Shown here piece by piece: positions 19,757 through 30,118 of a stretch of DNA of 54,878 nt (its first letter is position 1; each line of letters starts with the position of its first letter). The notes below the pieces were generated by a model, which was not told the origin of the DNA, made no database searches, and saw nothing but the letters and a program-made list of their open reading frames with translations. The position numbers and the translations under genes were made by a program. The DNA is taken from positions 1 to 54,878 of the forward strand of contig JBCCEA010000027.1 of assembly GCA_039030515.1 (NCBI GenBank), given 5' to 3'. This DNA is from Myxococcota bacterium. GTDB taxonomy: Bacteria; Myxococcota_A; Polyangia; Polyangiales; Houyiibacteriaceae.

Positions 19757-19920
19757 CCCAATACGCGCCAGGCAACACCTTCTTTCACTCGGAGGCGGGA
19801 TACGAGCGGCGCAACCGGGTCTCCACAACATCGGGCGGGCGCAGCACGGGTGAACACCGGCAGCTGGAGTCGATACAAAACCAACTGGCCGGATGACTGC
19901 TTCTCCCATACGCTCACGGC

Positions 19921-20712
19921 GTGCAGGTCGAAAGCGATGCGCGGACTTCAGAGAACCTCTCCATCTCGGACGAGTCTTCTCCGCAATCGGATCCACGATC
20001 GCGGGAGCAGCGGCCGGCCAGTCACGAGATCACCCACGGTCCTTCCTTTGCCATGCTGCGGGTCGACCTCACCGCTGGACAAACCCTGGTTGCAGAGGCT
20101 GGTTCGATGGTCGCGCGCCAATCTTCAGTGCACATGCAAGTGCGCATGAACGCAAATACGTCAGCGGGTTTCTGGCCTAAGCTCGCGTCTTTTCTCATCG
20201 CTCTTGTTCGCAAGTTCGTCGGCGGAGAAACCTTTTTTGTGAATCACTTCTCTGCGCCCGAGAAAGGCAGCGTTTGGATCGCCCCTACGTTTGCGGGGCA
20301 GATCGGCTATCGAAAGATGCACAACGAGCGCATCACCCTCTCCACCGGCGCCTTTGTCGCGAGCACAGGACCACTCGATATTCGACTCAAATTCGGGGGG
20401 ATCAAGGCGCTGCTCGCCAAAGAGGGGGTCTTCTTTCTCGAGGTCAGCGGTTCCGGCGAGCTCTGGTTCACCAGCTACGGCGGCATTCATGCAGTCGATA
20501 TCGACGGGCCGTTCATCGTAGACAACGGCCACATCGTCGGTTTTGAGGGCAATGTGACGTACCGCATTCGAAACGCAGGTGGCGGCTTCATGGGCTTTGT
20601 GGCCTCCGGTGAGGGTTTGGTCTGCGAGTTTAGCGGAACGGGTCGCGTCTATCTCCAGTCACGCAGCGTCGGTTCACTTGTGGGCTGGCTCAAACCTCTT
20701 CTCCCCGGGTAG
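19921..20712 (+). CDS. AIM24/TIGR00266 family protein 1
   Basis: AEAGSMV, GGETFFVN.F, VDNGHIV.F, SGEGLVC.F.G.G. Confidence 0.9.
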   Translation: MQVESDARTSENLSISDESSPQSDPRSREQRPASHEITHGPSFAMLRVDLTAGQTLVAEAGSMVARQSSVHMQVRMNANTSAGFWPKLASFLIALVRKFVGGETFFVNHFSAPEKGSVWIAPTFAGQIGYRKMHNERITLSTGAFVASTGPLDIRLKFGGIKALLAKEGVFFLEVSGSGELWFTSYGGIHAVDIDGPFIVDNGHIVGFEGNVTYRIRNAGGGFMGFVASGEGLVCEFSGTGRVYLQSRSVGSLVGWLKPLLPG

Positions 20713-20715
20713 CAG

Positions 20716-21393
20716 ATGCACATCGAGATCGGTTACAGACCAGCCCAAGCCATGGCAAGCGTCTCCCTTGAGGCTGGCGAGTCGATTCGGGCCGAGGCTG
20801 GAGCGATGGTGGGCATGAGCACCAACATACGCATGCAGACCGGCGCCACCGGCGGGCTCCTCAAGGGCCTCAAACGCTCCTTTGGTGGGGAAAGCTTCTT
20901 CCAAAACACGTTCACCGCGGAAGAGGGGCCGGGTGAAGTGTTGCTCGCCCACGCACTGTGTGGCGACATCCTATCGCTCGACATGCCGGAGCAGGGACTC
21001 TTCATTCAATCATCGAGCTATATCGCAAGCGCAGAAGCCGTGGATGTTCAAACAAAACTCGGGGGCTTCAAAAGCTTTTTCGGAGGGGAAGGCCTCTTCG
21101 TCCTTTACGCCACGGCGACAAAGGCCGCTCAGATTTTGATCGGCGCCTTTGGGGGTGTTGAAGAGCTCGCCTGCGACGGCAGTCTGGTCATCGACACCGG
21201 TCACCTGGTCGCCTGGGATGCGACGCTCGACTACAGCGTCGGCAAGAGTGCGGACGGCTGGCTAAGCTCCTTCTTCAGCGGCGAAGGCCTCGTATGTCAC
21301 TTTCGCGGTCAGGGACGAATCTGGATTCAAACGCGCAATCCGCAGGAATTTGGTCACGCGGTCGGCCGTCTTCTGCCGGCAAGAGAGCGATAA
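20716..21393 (+). CDS. AIM24/TIGR00266 family protein 2
   Basis: AEAGAMV, GGESFFQN.F, IDTGHLVAW, SGEGLVC.F.G.G. Confidence 0.9.
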   Translation: MHIEIGYRPAQAMASVSLEAGESIRAEAGAMVGMSTNIRMQTGATGGLLKGLKRSFGGESFFQNTFTAEEGPGEVLLAHALCGDILSLDMPEQGLFIQSSSYIASAEAVDVQTKLGGFKSFFGGEGLFVLYATATKAAQILIGAFGGVEELACDGSLVIDTGHLVAWDATLDYSVGKSADGWLSSFFSGEGLVCHFRGQGRIWIQTRNPQEFGHAVGRLLPARER

Positions 21394-21394
21394 C

Positions 21395-22078
21395 ATGCGC
21401 TACGAGCTTTTGGACAAACCGGATTTCGGAATGGTGAAGGTGGCTTTTGAAGCGCCGGGCGAGCAGCTCGTTGTCGAGTCGCAAGCGATGGTGGCGCGGG
21501 ACAGCGGAGTAGACATGTCAACGCACATGCGCGGCGGATGGATGGCTGCCGCAAAACGCAAAGTCCTCGGCGGAGAAAGCCTTTTTCAAAATACCTTCAC
21601 CGCAACCGCTCCGGGGCAAGCCCTTTGGTTGGCGCCCAACGCCGAAGGCGACGTGCTCGCGCTCGAGCTCGATGGCGGGTCAGATATCATGCTTCACTCT
21701 GGGGCGTTCTTGGCAGCGTCTCCCAGCGTTTCTCTCGATACCAAGTGGGGCGGTGCAAAAGGGTTCTTCAGCGGCACCGGTTTCTTTCTCTTGAAGTGCA
21801 ATGGGACAGGCTCGCTCTTCTTCAATAGCTGCGGCGGCATTCACCCTGTCGACATCGGTCCCGCCGGATACATTTGCGATACGTCTCACGTCGTCGGTTT
21901 CACCAGCGGTCTCAACTACAACGTAACCAAGGTCGGGGGGCTGAAGTCGCTCTTTCTCGGTGGCGAAGGCCTGGTCTGCCGCTTTCAGGGTCGAGGGCGA
22001 CTCTGGATCTCCACCCGTAACGCGAATGCCCTGGCTTCGTTTGTCCATCCCTTTCGCAAAGTTCGCAACAAGGGCTAA
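21395..22078 (+). CDS. AIM24/TIGR00266 family protein 3
   Basis: ESQAMV, GGESLFQN.F, DTSHVVGF, GGEGLVC.F.G.G. Confidence 0.9.
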   Translation: MRYELLDKPDFGMVKVAFEAPGEQLVVESQAMVARDSGVDMSTHMRGGWMAAAKRKVLGGESLFQNTFTATAPGQALWLAPNAEGDVLALELDGGSDIMLHSGAFLAASPSVSLDTKWGGAKGFFSGTGFFLLKCNGTGSLFFNSCGGIHPVDIGPAGYICDTSHVVGFTSGLNYNVTKVGGLKSLFLGGEGLVCRFQGRGRLWISTRNANALASFVHPFRKVRNKG

Positions 22079-22190
22079 GGGCCAAAGAACCACGCGTCGT
22101 AGCGGTGACCAGGGCGATTCACAATGTGCCTTCGCGGACTCCGGCTTAATGCAAAGACACGGCGTCTTCCGCGGATAGGGCTCTAGCCTG

Positions 22191-22757
22191 CTACATGGCG
22201 GGGGACGCTGCGGCGTTCTTTACCAGATAGTCCAATCGTTCTTGCTTTTTTATCTCGTATTCGAGATTGGGATACTGCTGCTTTAACGAAGAAAGACGCT
22301 CAGCGTCCATGTCGATCGACAGGCTATGAGCCTCGCCGGTAACCGCACAAAAGATCTTCAGCTTGAAGGGCGTGTAGATCCCAAGCGTGAGTACATTAAC
22401 CAAACCTTGCCAACCGTTTTGTCTCATCTCGATACGGGCGATGCCGGAGGGACAGACCGAACGCTCGTCGAAATCATCCACTCCTCTTACCAGTCCCCAG
22501 AGAAAGTGGCTCCTCCACTTGTCTACCGCAGGTTGGTCTTGGGGCACTGCTCCCGATACGATGGCGTCGCGATAACAGCCTGATAGAGACAGCGCCATCA
22601 CCAAAGAGGCTCCTAAGAGAAGATTCACGTTGAGACGGTTCACGTTTCCTCGCTTGTTTACTGCATTTGCTGATTGAAATGCCCGGTGTATGGCCGGAAC
22701 CCTTATCATGGCTGGGATGCACCTGTAAACAGACAGCGCCGACCAGCCCGCACTCAT
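22191..22757 (-). CDS. Bor/Iss-like lipoprotein; true start probably downstream
   Basis: LSGC lipobox; HFLWGLV...VC......LTLGIYTP...FC pattern. Confidence 0.7.
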   Translation of the reverse strand: MSAGWSALSVYRCIPAMIRVPAIHRAFQSANAVNKRGNVNRLNVNLLLGASLVMALSLSGCYRDAIVSGAVPQDQPAVDKWRSHFLWGLVRGVDDFDERSVCPSGIARIEMRQNGWQGLVNVLTLGIYTPFKLKIFCAVTGEAHSLSIDMDAERLSSLKQQYPNLEYEIKKQERLDYLVKNAAASPAM

Positions 22758-22840
22758 CGAGGTCTACCGCGTGCTCAGAGCATCAAAACAATATGCGCCC
22801 TGGGCTACTCCCCTCAGCTGCAAAAATAGGTGACTGTCCG

Positions 22841-23377
22841 TCACTGCAGCGCTTCGACCGCATGGTGAATTTGAGCCTTGATCTCTTCATTGCTCACTTC
22901 ACCGGTAGCGAGATCAAAATTGCTCTTGAAAACGGGCATAGAGACTTTCGCTTTGACGTCCATACCGAAGTACGGCGCTCCAGACTCTGCTGCTGCAAGC
23001 ACGCCCGCGCCTCCTCTCGGCCCTGGACTCGCCGCCATGAGCACGACCGGCTTATCCTGAAAGACCTTTTGGTTGATGCGAGACATCCAATCAAAGAGGT
23101 TCTTATACACTGCAGTGAAGCCTCCATTGTGCTCTGCAAATGAAATGATCACCGCGTCTGAGTCACCGATCTTGCCGAAAAACTCCTGCGCCTTTTGAGG
23201 GATACCTCCCTCCGCTTCTCGATCCTGCCTGTAGAGCGGCATTTCGTAGTCGACGAGATCGAGAAGCTCTATCTGCGACTCGGCGAACCGCTCCTGGATC
23301 ACGGAGGCCGTGTAGGTCAGCAGTTTCTTATTGATCGACTCGTTGTGGTTCGTGGCGGCGATGGCGAGAATCTTCAT
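22841..23377 (-). CDS. NADPH-dependent FMN reductase (flavodoxin-like)
   Basis: SINKKL, AEHNG...YKNLFDW.SR, SPGPRGG. Confidence 0.92.
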   Translation of the reverse strand: MKILAIAATNHNESINKKLLTYTASVIQERFAESQIELLDLVDYEMPLYRQDREAEGGIPQKAQEFFGKIGDSDAVIISFAEHNGGFTAVYKNLFDWMSRINQKVFQDKPVVLMAASPGPRGGAGVLAAAESGAPYFGMDVKAKVSMPVFKSNFDLATGEVSNEEIKAQIHHAVEALQ

Positions 23378-23635
23378 CGTTCAATCTCCTTGATGGGACG
23401 TTCTATCCTTAATTGGAAACAACGATCATCTTTTCATCGAGTCCCCGTAGGTCGCGTGCACAGGGCAGAGCGTTTCGAAATTTCTCCGGCCAGCGGGAGA
23501 GACAGCGGCAGGAACCTGGATGCACGGCCCACCTCGACCACCCTGAACGCCGCGGGGACACAAAATCATGCGGCTGCAGCCCACGGGCAAGTTCGACTGG
23601 ACGCGCCTGTTTCCAGCCCGTAAGGGCCAATCGCT

Positions 23636-24256
23636 ATGGCGAAATTCGACGTGGGCTTCTGGGACGAAAAATTTGAGCCGGATCACTTTGTATACGGCGA
23701 AGAAGCGACCGTATTTCTGCGGGAGCAAGCGCACCACCTGGCCCCCAAGTCGCACATCCTGGTTCCGGCAGACGGCGAGGGACGCAACTCCGTCTTCCTC
23801 GCCAGCCTGGGCCATTCGATCGTCGCAACCGACCGCTCCGATCGCGGTCTTGCCAAGGCGCGCAGACTCGCCGAGTCAAAATCGGTGGAGGTCGACTACC
23901 GCAAACGGGACATCCATAGCTGGGAGTGGCCAAAGGCGGCGTTCGATGCGGTCGTGGCGATCTTCATCCAGTTCTCAGAGCCGAAGATGCGTTCCTACGT
24001 CTTTGACCAGATGCAAAAGGCCGTTCGTCCGGGAGGGCTCGTGTTTCTTCACGGATATACCCAAAAGCAGCTCGAATACGGCACGGGGGGTCCGCCCGTG
24101 CTCGATCACCTCTACACCGAAGAGCTGCTTCAAGCGTCATTTACCGGCTGGCAAATGCTGCGCCTAGAGGCGTATGAGCGCGTCCTAGAAGAAGGCACCG
24201 GTCACGTCGGCCAGTCGGCCCTCATCGATCTCATCGCCCGGCGCCCGGCAGACTGA
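23636..24256 (+). CDS. Class I SAM-dependent methyltransferase
   Basis: FWDEKF...YG, ADGEGRNSVFLA, YGTGGPP, EGTGH.G.SA. Confidence 0.9.
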   Translation: MAKFDVGFWDEKFEPDHFVYGEEATVFLREQAHHLAPKSHILVPADGEGRNSVFLASLGHSIVATDRSDRGLAKARRLAESKSVEVDYRKRDIHSWEWPKAAFDAVVAIFIQFSEPKMRSYVFDQMQKAVRPGGLVFLHGYTQKQLEYGTGGPPVLDHLYTEELLQASFTGWQMLRLEAYERVLEEGTGHVGQSALIDLIARRPAD

Positions 24257-25228
24257 TTCCGGCAGAGCAACTCCGGCAAAATGATTCCGGCAGATCGATC
24301 GTGGCCTGTCTTTTTTGCATCAATACTGCTGGATTATCGATAAAGCATCTCTGGTTCAACCGGAGCGTCGCCGCGGCACCCTCCATCCGCAACGTACGTC
24401 AACGACGGGAGGAGGAGCAGCAGATGCGGTTCTACGTACGGGCGACTGGGTGGGATATGCCGTATTTTGGAACCGAATCTACTTCCGCGAGATTTTCCAA
24501 ATCGTCCGTCCGATTAGATTTTTTAGTTGTTTCACAGATGCGTCATCTTTTACTGATGACCAAAAAAGCTCTGCATCGTAGAAGGCGGCTCGAGGAGTCG
24601 TTCGCACCGGAGTCGTTCGCAACGGAGTCGTTCGCAACGGGCGAGTCATTAGAAACGAGCATGCTGCAACGACCTCCACGGACCTGGTTCCCTGGGCACT
24701 TGACCTTGGCGCCAGCGCCTCTTCTACATGAGGATTGAACTTATTTTGTCCACCAGCCCACCAAGGTTTGGTGTCGAGCGTGGCTTGGACCGCAGAGAGA
24801 ATCACGTAGCTCTCCCCTTGCCGTGTCCGAAGCACCCGCGCTATCGCTTCGCGCGGCCCCATCGCACCCAAAACCCGAGTATTCTCACGCCGTAGAAGGG
24901 CTCGATTTTGCAACGCAAGCGGGGGCGCATTGTGGTGCATCCTTCAACGTCCAATCCGAGAGCCTCATCGAGCGTGCCTGCTTGGCCGCCCTTTCGCACT
25001 CCGATGTGTATTTTTACACACCACTGTTCAGAAGCGATTTCACCCGATAGCACTCCCGTGGTCCCGAGCCTCGAGGTCACCACGCTGGAGTGGAGCCGGC
25101 CCTCATCGATCTCATCGCCCGGCGCCCGGCAGACTGATTCCGGCAGACTGATTCCGGCAGAGCAACTCCGGCAAAGTGATCCCGGCAGAGCGATCGCGGC
25201 CTGCGTCTTTTGCAGCAATACCGCTAGA
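24216..25228 (+). repeat. Direct repeat (24216-24332 and 25097-25228) of the methyltransferase 3' end and downstream spacer
   Basis: CGGCCCTCATCGATCTCATCGCCCGGCGCCCGGCAGACTGATTCCGGCAGA occurs twice, with continuing similarity downstream. Confidence 0.9.
24356..24940 (-). pseudogene. Orphan family B member 1; ORF 24479-24940, frame stays open past an internal TAG to about 24356
   Basis: RENTRVLGAMG...GESYVIL...QNKFNPHVEEALA resembles 32009-32953. Confidence 0.5.
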
Positions 25229-25300
25229 GCGAAACCGGCTCTGCTAGTCGAGAGACGCGCTCAGACGGCCCAGGGCAGCCGTGGTCGACCATGCACTCCT

Positions 25301-26059
25301 TCACGACCACTTGCTGGATAGGCGTTCCCACCACCATGTTTTCGGTAAATCACCGCGATCAACTGCCGCAGGTGCTGGGCCGGGTGCGACAACAGGTGCT
25401 GTAACGAATACGGGGCCGGTTGCAGGTGCAGAACATAAGTCTTCACCGTAGTTAAGCTGAATGCCCATTGAACGGAATTCACCGCAGACTAAGTCTATTG
25501 CTTGTCGCAACACTTCGTCTCTTTGGTCGGGTTTAACATGTGGGCCCGATTCAGCAAACCGCGCTATATAGCTTGTCTTTGAGGGCGCTGTATAGGTTGT
25601 CTTTGAGGAAGGACTTCTGTCGCGGCTTACTTTAATGCTCGCAAGGAGTTTGTATTCGCCGTAACCGGCGTAGCCGTTGTAACCGTCGTATGGCCGCTGG
25701 ATTTCGGGATTAAGGCCGTATTGATTTGGCCTTCCCAAACAGTGTGCCCTGTGGCTAAACACCTCGGGACTAGGATTGAAGACTACGAAATAATGAGCTT
25801 TGCGGGTCGAGCTCTGCACGCCGGATTTTTTTTGAGGACGTTGCGCACCTGACTTTGGCTGAGAGCGCCACACGTCGACCAGTATCATAAGCCAATTGCA
25901 AGCTTCTAAGATCCGCTTGTTCTCACGGTGTAGGTAGGATGGGACTGGAGGTGGGCGTAAGTGACGTGGTGGATGCTTGCGTCGACCTGGTCCCTTGCGT
26001 CGACCTAGAGGTTTTAGTCGAGGCGGAGGCTTGCCTCCACTCTCTGCACCGTGGCCCAT
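25301..26059 (-). CDS. Orphan family B member 2, hypothetical
   Basis: Long lower-GC ORF; RENKRILEA...HYFVVFNP; Pro-rich termini. Confidence 0.6.
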   Translation of the reverse strand: MGHGAESGGKPPPRLKPLGRRKGPGRRKHPPRHLRPPPVPSYLHRENKRILEACNWLMILVDVWRSQPKSGAQRPQKKSGVQSSTRKAHYFVVFNPSPEVFSHRAHCLGRPNQYGLNPEIQRPYDGYNGYAGYGEYKLLASIKVSRDRSPSSKTTYTAPSKTSYIARFAESGPHVKPDQRDEVLRQAIDLVCGEFRSMGIQLNYGEDLCSAPATGPVFVTAPVVAPGPAPAAVDRGDLPKTWWWERLSSKWS

Positions 26060-26297
26060 GGTTTTGTCACCTGTCCGAACACGACCTCGAGCGCTTCTGT
26101 TGGGCGGCTCAGTCTGTTCTGCCTGAAAGTATGATGCAGTACAGTCCGGAAGCGATTTCAGCGGATAACACACCGGTCACCTCGACCTCACGACAGCTCA
26201 GCAGGCTCGGCACTTGGAGCGTGTGGCGCAAAACTCAACTGCGCGAGCCACACTCGACCACTCGACCACTCGACCACGCGAGCCAGGCCCGACTGCG

Positions 26298-27080
26298 CTA
26301 CTTGAACTGGCCCGCGTTGCGGGCGATCTCCAGCTCTATCTCTTCTTCTGAGGCATGCGGTGGCCCAAAAAAAGCCGGGCGGGCGAAGGGAATGCTGAGG
26401 CCCGTCTTGAACGAAGGTCGCTCGTGCAGCATCTCGATCCACGCTCGGAGATGAGGCATCTCTATGAGTTCGACGTTGGCCCAGTAGGCGCTCGCACAGT
26501 AGGCGAAACAAGCCACGTCGACGAGGGTGCAGTTGCGGCCCAAAACGAAAGGCCCCTCGGAGCTGTCGAGCTGCCGATCGAGTACCCCTAGACAGCGTTC
26601 CGCTTCGGCGACAAACCGACCGATCGCAAAGGGATCGTCCTGACCGTGTACCCGGGCAATGCGCTGGAAATACATCGCCTGACCCATCGCGGGGCCGAGG
26701 GCGCTTACCTGCCAGTACAGCCACTGCTTTACCTGGAGGTGCAGCTTCAGATCCTCAGCCGGGCTCGGCAGGAGCGGACTTGCGAATCGCTGCGCCACGT
26801 ACTCGAGAATCGCTCCCGACTCGGCAACCGTCACCCCGGGGCCGCGGTCGATGAGTGCCGGAATCCGCCCATTGGGGTTGATCGCCAAAAACGACTCGCT
26901 TTTCTGCTCGTTCTTTGAAAAATCAACCAGCGCCCAGTCGTAAGGGGCACCGATTTCCTCAAAGAGGATGGGAAGCTTCCAGCCATTTTGTGTGGCGTAC
27001 ACGAGACAACACAGTTCGCTATGCGACCGGTCGGTCCAAACCTGCTCAAAATCCACGCGACGAGCGAGTGTAGATGCCAT
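26298..27080 (-). CDS. Glutathione S-transferase (YghU/YfcG-like)
   Basis: TQNGWK, INPNGRIPAL, ESGAILEY, WLYWQV..LGP.MGQ. Confidence 0.92.
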   Translation of the reverse strand: MASTLARRVDFEQVWTDRSHSELCCLVYATQNGWKLPILFEEIGAPYDWALVDFSKNEQKSESFLAINPNGRIPALIDRGPGVTVAESGAILEYVAQRFASPLLPSPAEDLKLHLQVKQWLYWQVSALGPAMGQAMYFQRIARVHGQDDPFAIGRFVAEAERCLGVLDRQLDSSEGPFVLGRNCTLVDVACFAYCASAYWANVELIEMPHLRAWIEMLHERPSFKTGLSIPFARPAFFGPPHASEEEIELEIARNAGQFK

Positions 27081-27294
27081 CTTCTCCCCCCCCCCAGAGT
27101 CACACCGCGAGTAGACGCGGACTGAATCGATCGGTCGTAGCATACGCTCCGAAGCATCAAGCGGGCAGCGACCGGAAACGTCGCTCCGAGCTGGCGATAC
27201 TGCTGAAAAGATGGCAATTCTGCCGCGCGACACGGTTTGATCCCGCACGTATTAAGGTCCAGGTCCCCGATCGAAAAGCCCAGTCGAAAAAACA

Positions 27295-28260
27295 GTGACT
27301 TCAAAAATATTCGACATCTCGGTCCAGAATCCGGACGATTCGACCCACTTCGGCAATCCAGCTGCATCGAAGACCACTCCCTGTCCCGCGTGCGGTAGCC
27401 GAATCGCGCGCCCGCTCTTCCCGAAAGAGCGCCCTTGGATCCTTCGCTGCGACACCTGCGGGCTAACCCGAGCAGAGCCCCAGCCTTCGGATGATGAGCT
27501 CGAGGCCATCTACGATGAGCACTACTACGAGCAATTTGGCTTCGTCGCTCGAAACCAGGACGATCGGGCGCTGTCGACCACCAAGCGCGCCACCTACGGG
27601 CGCCTGCTGTCACAGCTCCAAACGCATCTGCCCAAGGACGCACAGCAACCCGAAAGCGTGCGTCCTCGTCACCTGCTCGATATCGGATGCGGCCTTGGCT
27701 ATTCTCTGCTGGAAGCTCAATCGCGGGGCTATCAGGCCCTGGGCCTCGACCCGCTCGCGCCCGTCGGAAACCCCAGGTTTGCGGATCGAACGATCCTTCG
27801 AGACACCCTAGAAACCGTCGAGCTGACCCAGCGATTTGACGCAGTGACCGCGATCGACGTCATCGAACACGTGCGAGACCCCATTCAAACGGTACGTGCC
27901 GCTGCGCGACTGTTGCGATCGGACGGGGTGCTCATGCTCGCCACCAACGACGTCAGCAGCTTGGGCGCGCGACTGCTCGGCCCGCGCTGGACGCATTTTC
28001 ACCGGGCCCACCTCTGGTTCTTCACCCCAGAAACACTGAGCAAAATCGTCAGCCTGGCGGGCCTCGAAGTGATCGCAACCGAACCCGTGTGGCGGGTCTA
28101 CAATTTTGAATACATCGCGTCGATCCTCGCTCGTGGCGACAACTTCCGCCTCGCTATGCGATGTGCTCAGGCAGGTCTGAAGCGGGTTCCCAAAGCCCTG
28201 CAGCGCCTACCCTGGCCCGCGGTTCCGGAAGGCTTCGTGCTCTTCGCCCGCACGCCATGA
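27295..28260 (+). CDS. Class I SAM methyltransferase with N-terminal Zn ribbon (surface-glycan associated type)
   Basis: CPAC...CDTC, LLDIGCGLG, DVIEHV.DP, HLWFF. Confidence 0.88.
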   Translation: MTSKIFDISVQNPDDSTHFGNPAASKTTPCPACGSRIARPLFPKERPWILRCDTCGLTRAEPQPSDDELEAIYDEHYYEQFGFVARNQDDRALSTTKRATYGRLLSQLQTHLPKDAQQPESVRPRHLLDIGCGLGYSLLEAQSRGYQALGLDPLAPVGNPRFADRTILRDTLETVELTQRFDAVTAIDVIEHVRDPIQTVRAAARLLRSDGVLMLATNDVSSLGARLLGPRWTHFHRAHLWFFTPETLSKIVSLAGLEVIATEPVWRVYNFEYIASILARGDNFRLAMRCAQAGLKRVPKALQRLPWPAVPEGFVLFARTP

Positions 28261-30032
28261 CGCAACGCACCTTCACTCCGGCCAGCGCCAAACCGATGAA
28301 GCAGCAACCGAAAGCGCAATCTCAAAAGTCCGGTTCGACAAAGCTTCCGAGGGGATGGATTCTTCTCTGCGGTCTCGGATCCCTCGTATTTTGGGCGCCG
28401 TGGTTCGCGACCAGCGATCTGACCGGTTTCGGAGACTGGCAGTGGTTTCATCGGCAGTGGGAACTCGGGCGAATCGCCTATCTGAAGTTTGGCGAACTTC
28501 CTCTTTGGGATTCAAGTCAGTGCGGAGGCTCTTCCCTTTGGGCGCAACCCCAGAGTCAGGTGTTCTCGCCGCTCTACCTTCTTTTGGCACTCCCGCTCGG
28601 AACCGTAACCGGCTCAAAATTGTGGGCGGTGGTTCATAGCTTCGCAGCAGCGGTCGGCATGGTGTTGCTCGCGCATCGGGAATACCGATTGCATCCCGCC
28701 GGAACCCTGATCGCGACCGTAGTATTCGCCTTTAGCGGATTTTTTGCCTGGCATGGCACCGGTGGACACGCGACCTACTTCGCCTTCTACTACTTGCCCT
28801 GGCTGGTGCTCGGGCATCGACGTTCGATGTACGATCGACGCTACTGCGCTTTGGTCGCAGGCGTCCTCGGCATGGCGCTGCTCGAGGGCGCGCACTATCC
28901 CGTCCCCTACTTCGTCTTGGTGCTCGCGTCTGAGGGGGTTCGTGCACTCATCGTGCATCGCTCCAAGCTCGCCACCGTCTTCAAAGCGGAACTCGTCAGC
29001 GGCGTCTTGACACTCATGCTCGGCGCGTTCCGCCTCGTCCCCATCGCAGCCGCCGTCGTGGACAATCCAAAAGAGGTTCCTTCGCTGGACTCCCTGAACC
29101 TCAGCGAGGCACTTTTGATGTTCACCGCCCGAAGTCATCAATGGCACCTGCCCGGCCACGTCTGGGTTTGGGCGGAATACGGAACCTATATAGGCTGGGC
29201 CGCGCTTGCGCTGGGAGGCGCAGGCCTCATCCACAGCCTGGGGAGACGTCGAGATCTGGTCGCCGGATTCTTGATCGCATTCGCCATCATGCTTGGGGAC
29301 CTGGGTCCCTACTCGCCCTGGTCGCTGATGCACAACCTACCCTTCTATGAGCGACTCCATCTCCCGTCGCGCTTCGCCGTATTCGTGAGCTTTTATCTCG
29401 CACTTGCCGCCGGTGCTGCACTCGACGCCCTAAGCCACTTGAGCCTAAGGCAGCACCAGACCCATCGCGCCATGCGGTACGCCCTCTGGACGATCGCGCT
29501 TGGAATCACCGTCGATATATTCTCCGTCAATGTAAAAACCAATAACCGCTGGAACCACCCTCCTCTGCATGAAGACATGCCGGACGGTCGCTACCACCTG
29601 ATACCTGGCGAACACTTTCATCGGGTTTTCGCCAGCTACCCGAGGCGCAATGTGGGCGTCACGGAGTGCTACGATGCGACAAACTGGAGCGTCGCTGAAG
29701 ATCTCTGGGTCGGCGACACGGCCCAGGCCAAGGTAATTCGGGGCGGCGGCAAAGTTCATGATTGGAACCGAAGCAACACCCGTGCGTTCGCTGAGGTAAC
29801 GCTCAAAGCGCCCGGCGTCGTCGCCTTCAATCAGAACTACGCCCGGGGCTGGACAAGCAATATCGGCGCCGCATTCGACTACAAGGGGCTGATGTCGGTG
29901 CGCGATGTTCCGGCGGGCACGCAGAGGATCGAACTGGAGTTTAAGCCGCCGGAGTTTTACCCCCTGCTGATGCTGCTGCTCCTCGGCAGCGCCCTGTGCC
30001 TACGGATTGCAGCAACACCTCATCCCTGGTGA
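28257..30032 (+). CDS. Polytopic membrane protein, GT-C/YfhO-like glycosyltransferase
   Basis: GELPLWD...GG, many TM helices, P.RF motif, NQNYARGW C-terminal domain. Confidence 0.72.
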   Translation: MTQRTFTPASAKPMKQQPKAQSQKSGSTKLPRGWILLCGLGSLVFWAPWFATSDLTGFGDWQWFHRQWELGRIAYLKFGELPLWDSSQCGGSSLWAQPQSQVFSPLYLLLALPLGTVTGSKLWAVVHSFAAAVGMVLLAHREYRLHPAGTLIATVVFAFSGFFAWHGTGGHATYFAFYYLPWLVLGHRRSMYDRRYCALVAGVLGMALLEGAHYPVPYFVLVLASEGVRALIVHRSKLATVFKAELVSGVLTLMLGAFRLVPIAAAVVDNPKEVPSLDSLNLSEALLMFTARSHQWHLPGHVWVWAEYGTYIGWAALALGGAGLIHSLGRRRDLVAGFLIAFAIMLGDLGPYSPWSLMHNLPFYERLHLPSRFAVFVSFYLALAAGAALDALSHLSLRQHQTHRAMRYALWTIALGITVDIFSVNVKTNNRWNHPPLHEDMPDGRYHLIPGEHFHRVFASYPRRNVGVTECYDATNWSVAEDLWVGDTAQAKVIRGGGKVHDWNRSNTRAFAEVTLKAPGVVAFNQNYARGWTSNIGAAFDYKGLMSVRDVPAGTQRIELEFKPPEFYPLLMLLLLGSALCLRIAATPHPW

Positions 30033-30118
30033 GCGCTTCTGGTGAGCGCCTTTGCCGACCATCACAGATGAGCCTCTGTTCACGCGCACGCACAGCGCGA
30101 CCGCGATTCGCGCAAAGA

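Noticed and set aside
19716..19920. Cobalamin or NiCo riboswitch ahead of the TonB receptor operon
   Set aside because: No recognisable conserved boxes; NikR control is the simpler explanation
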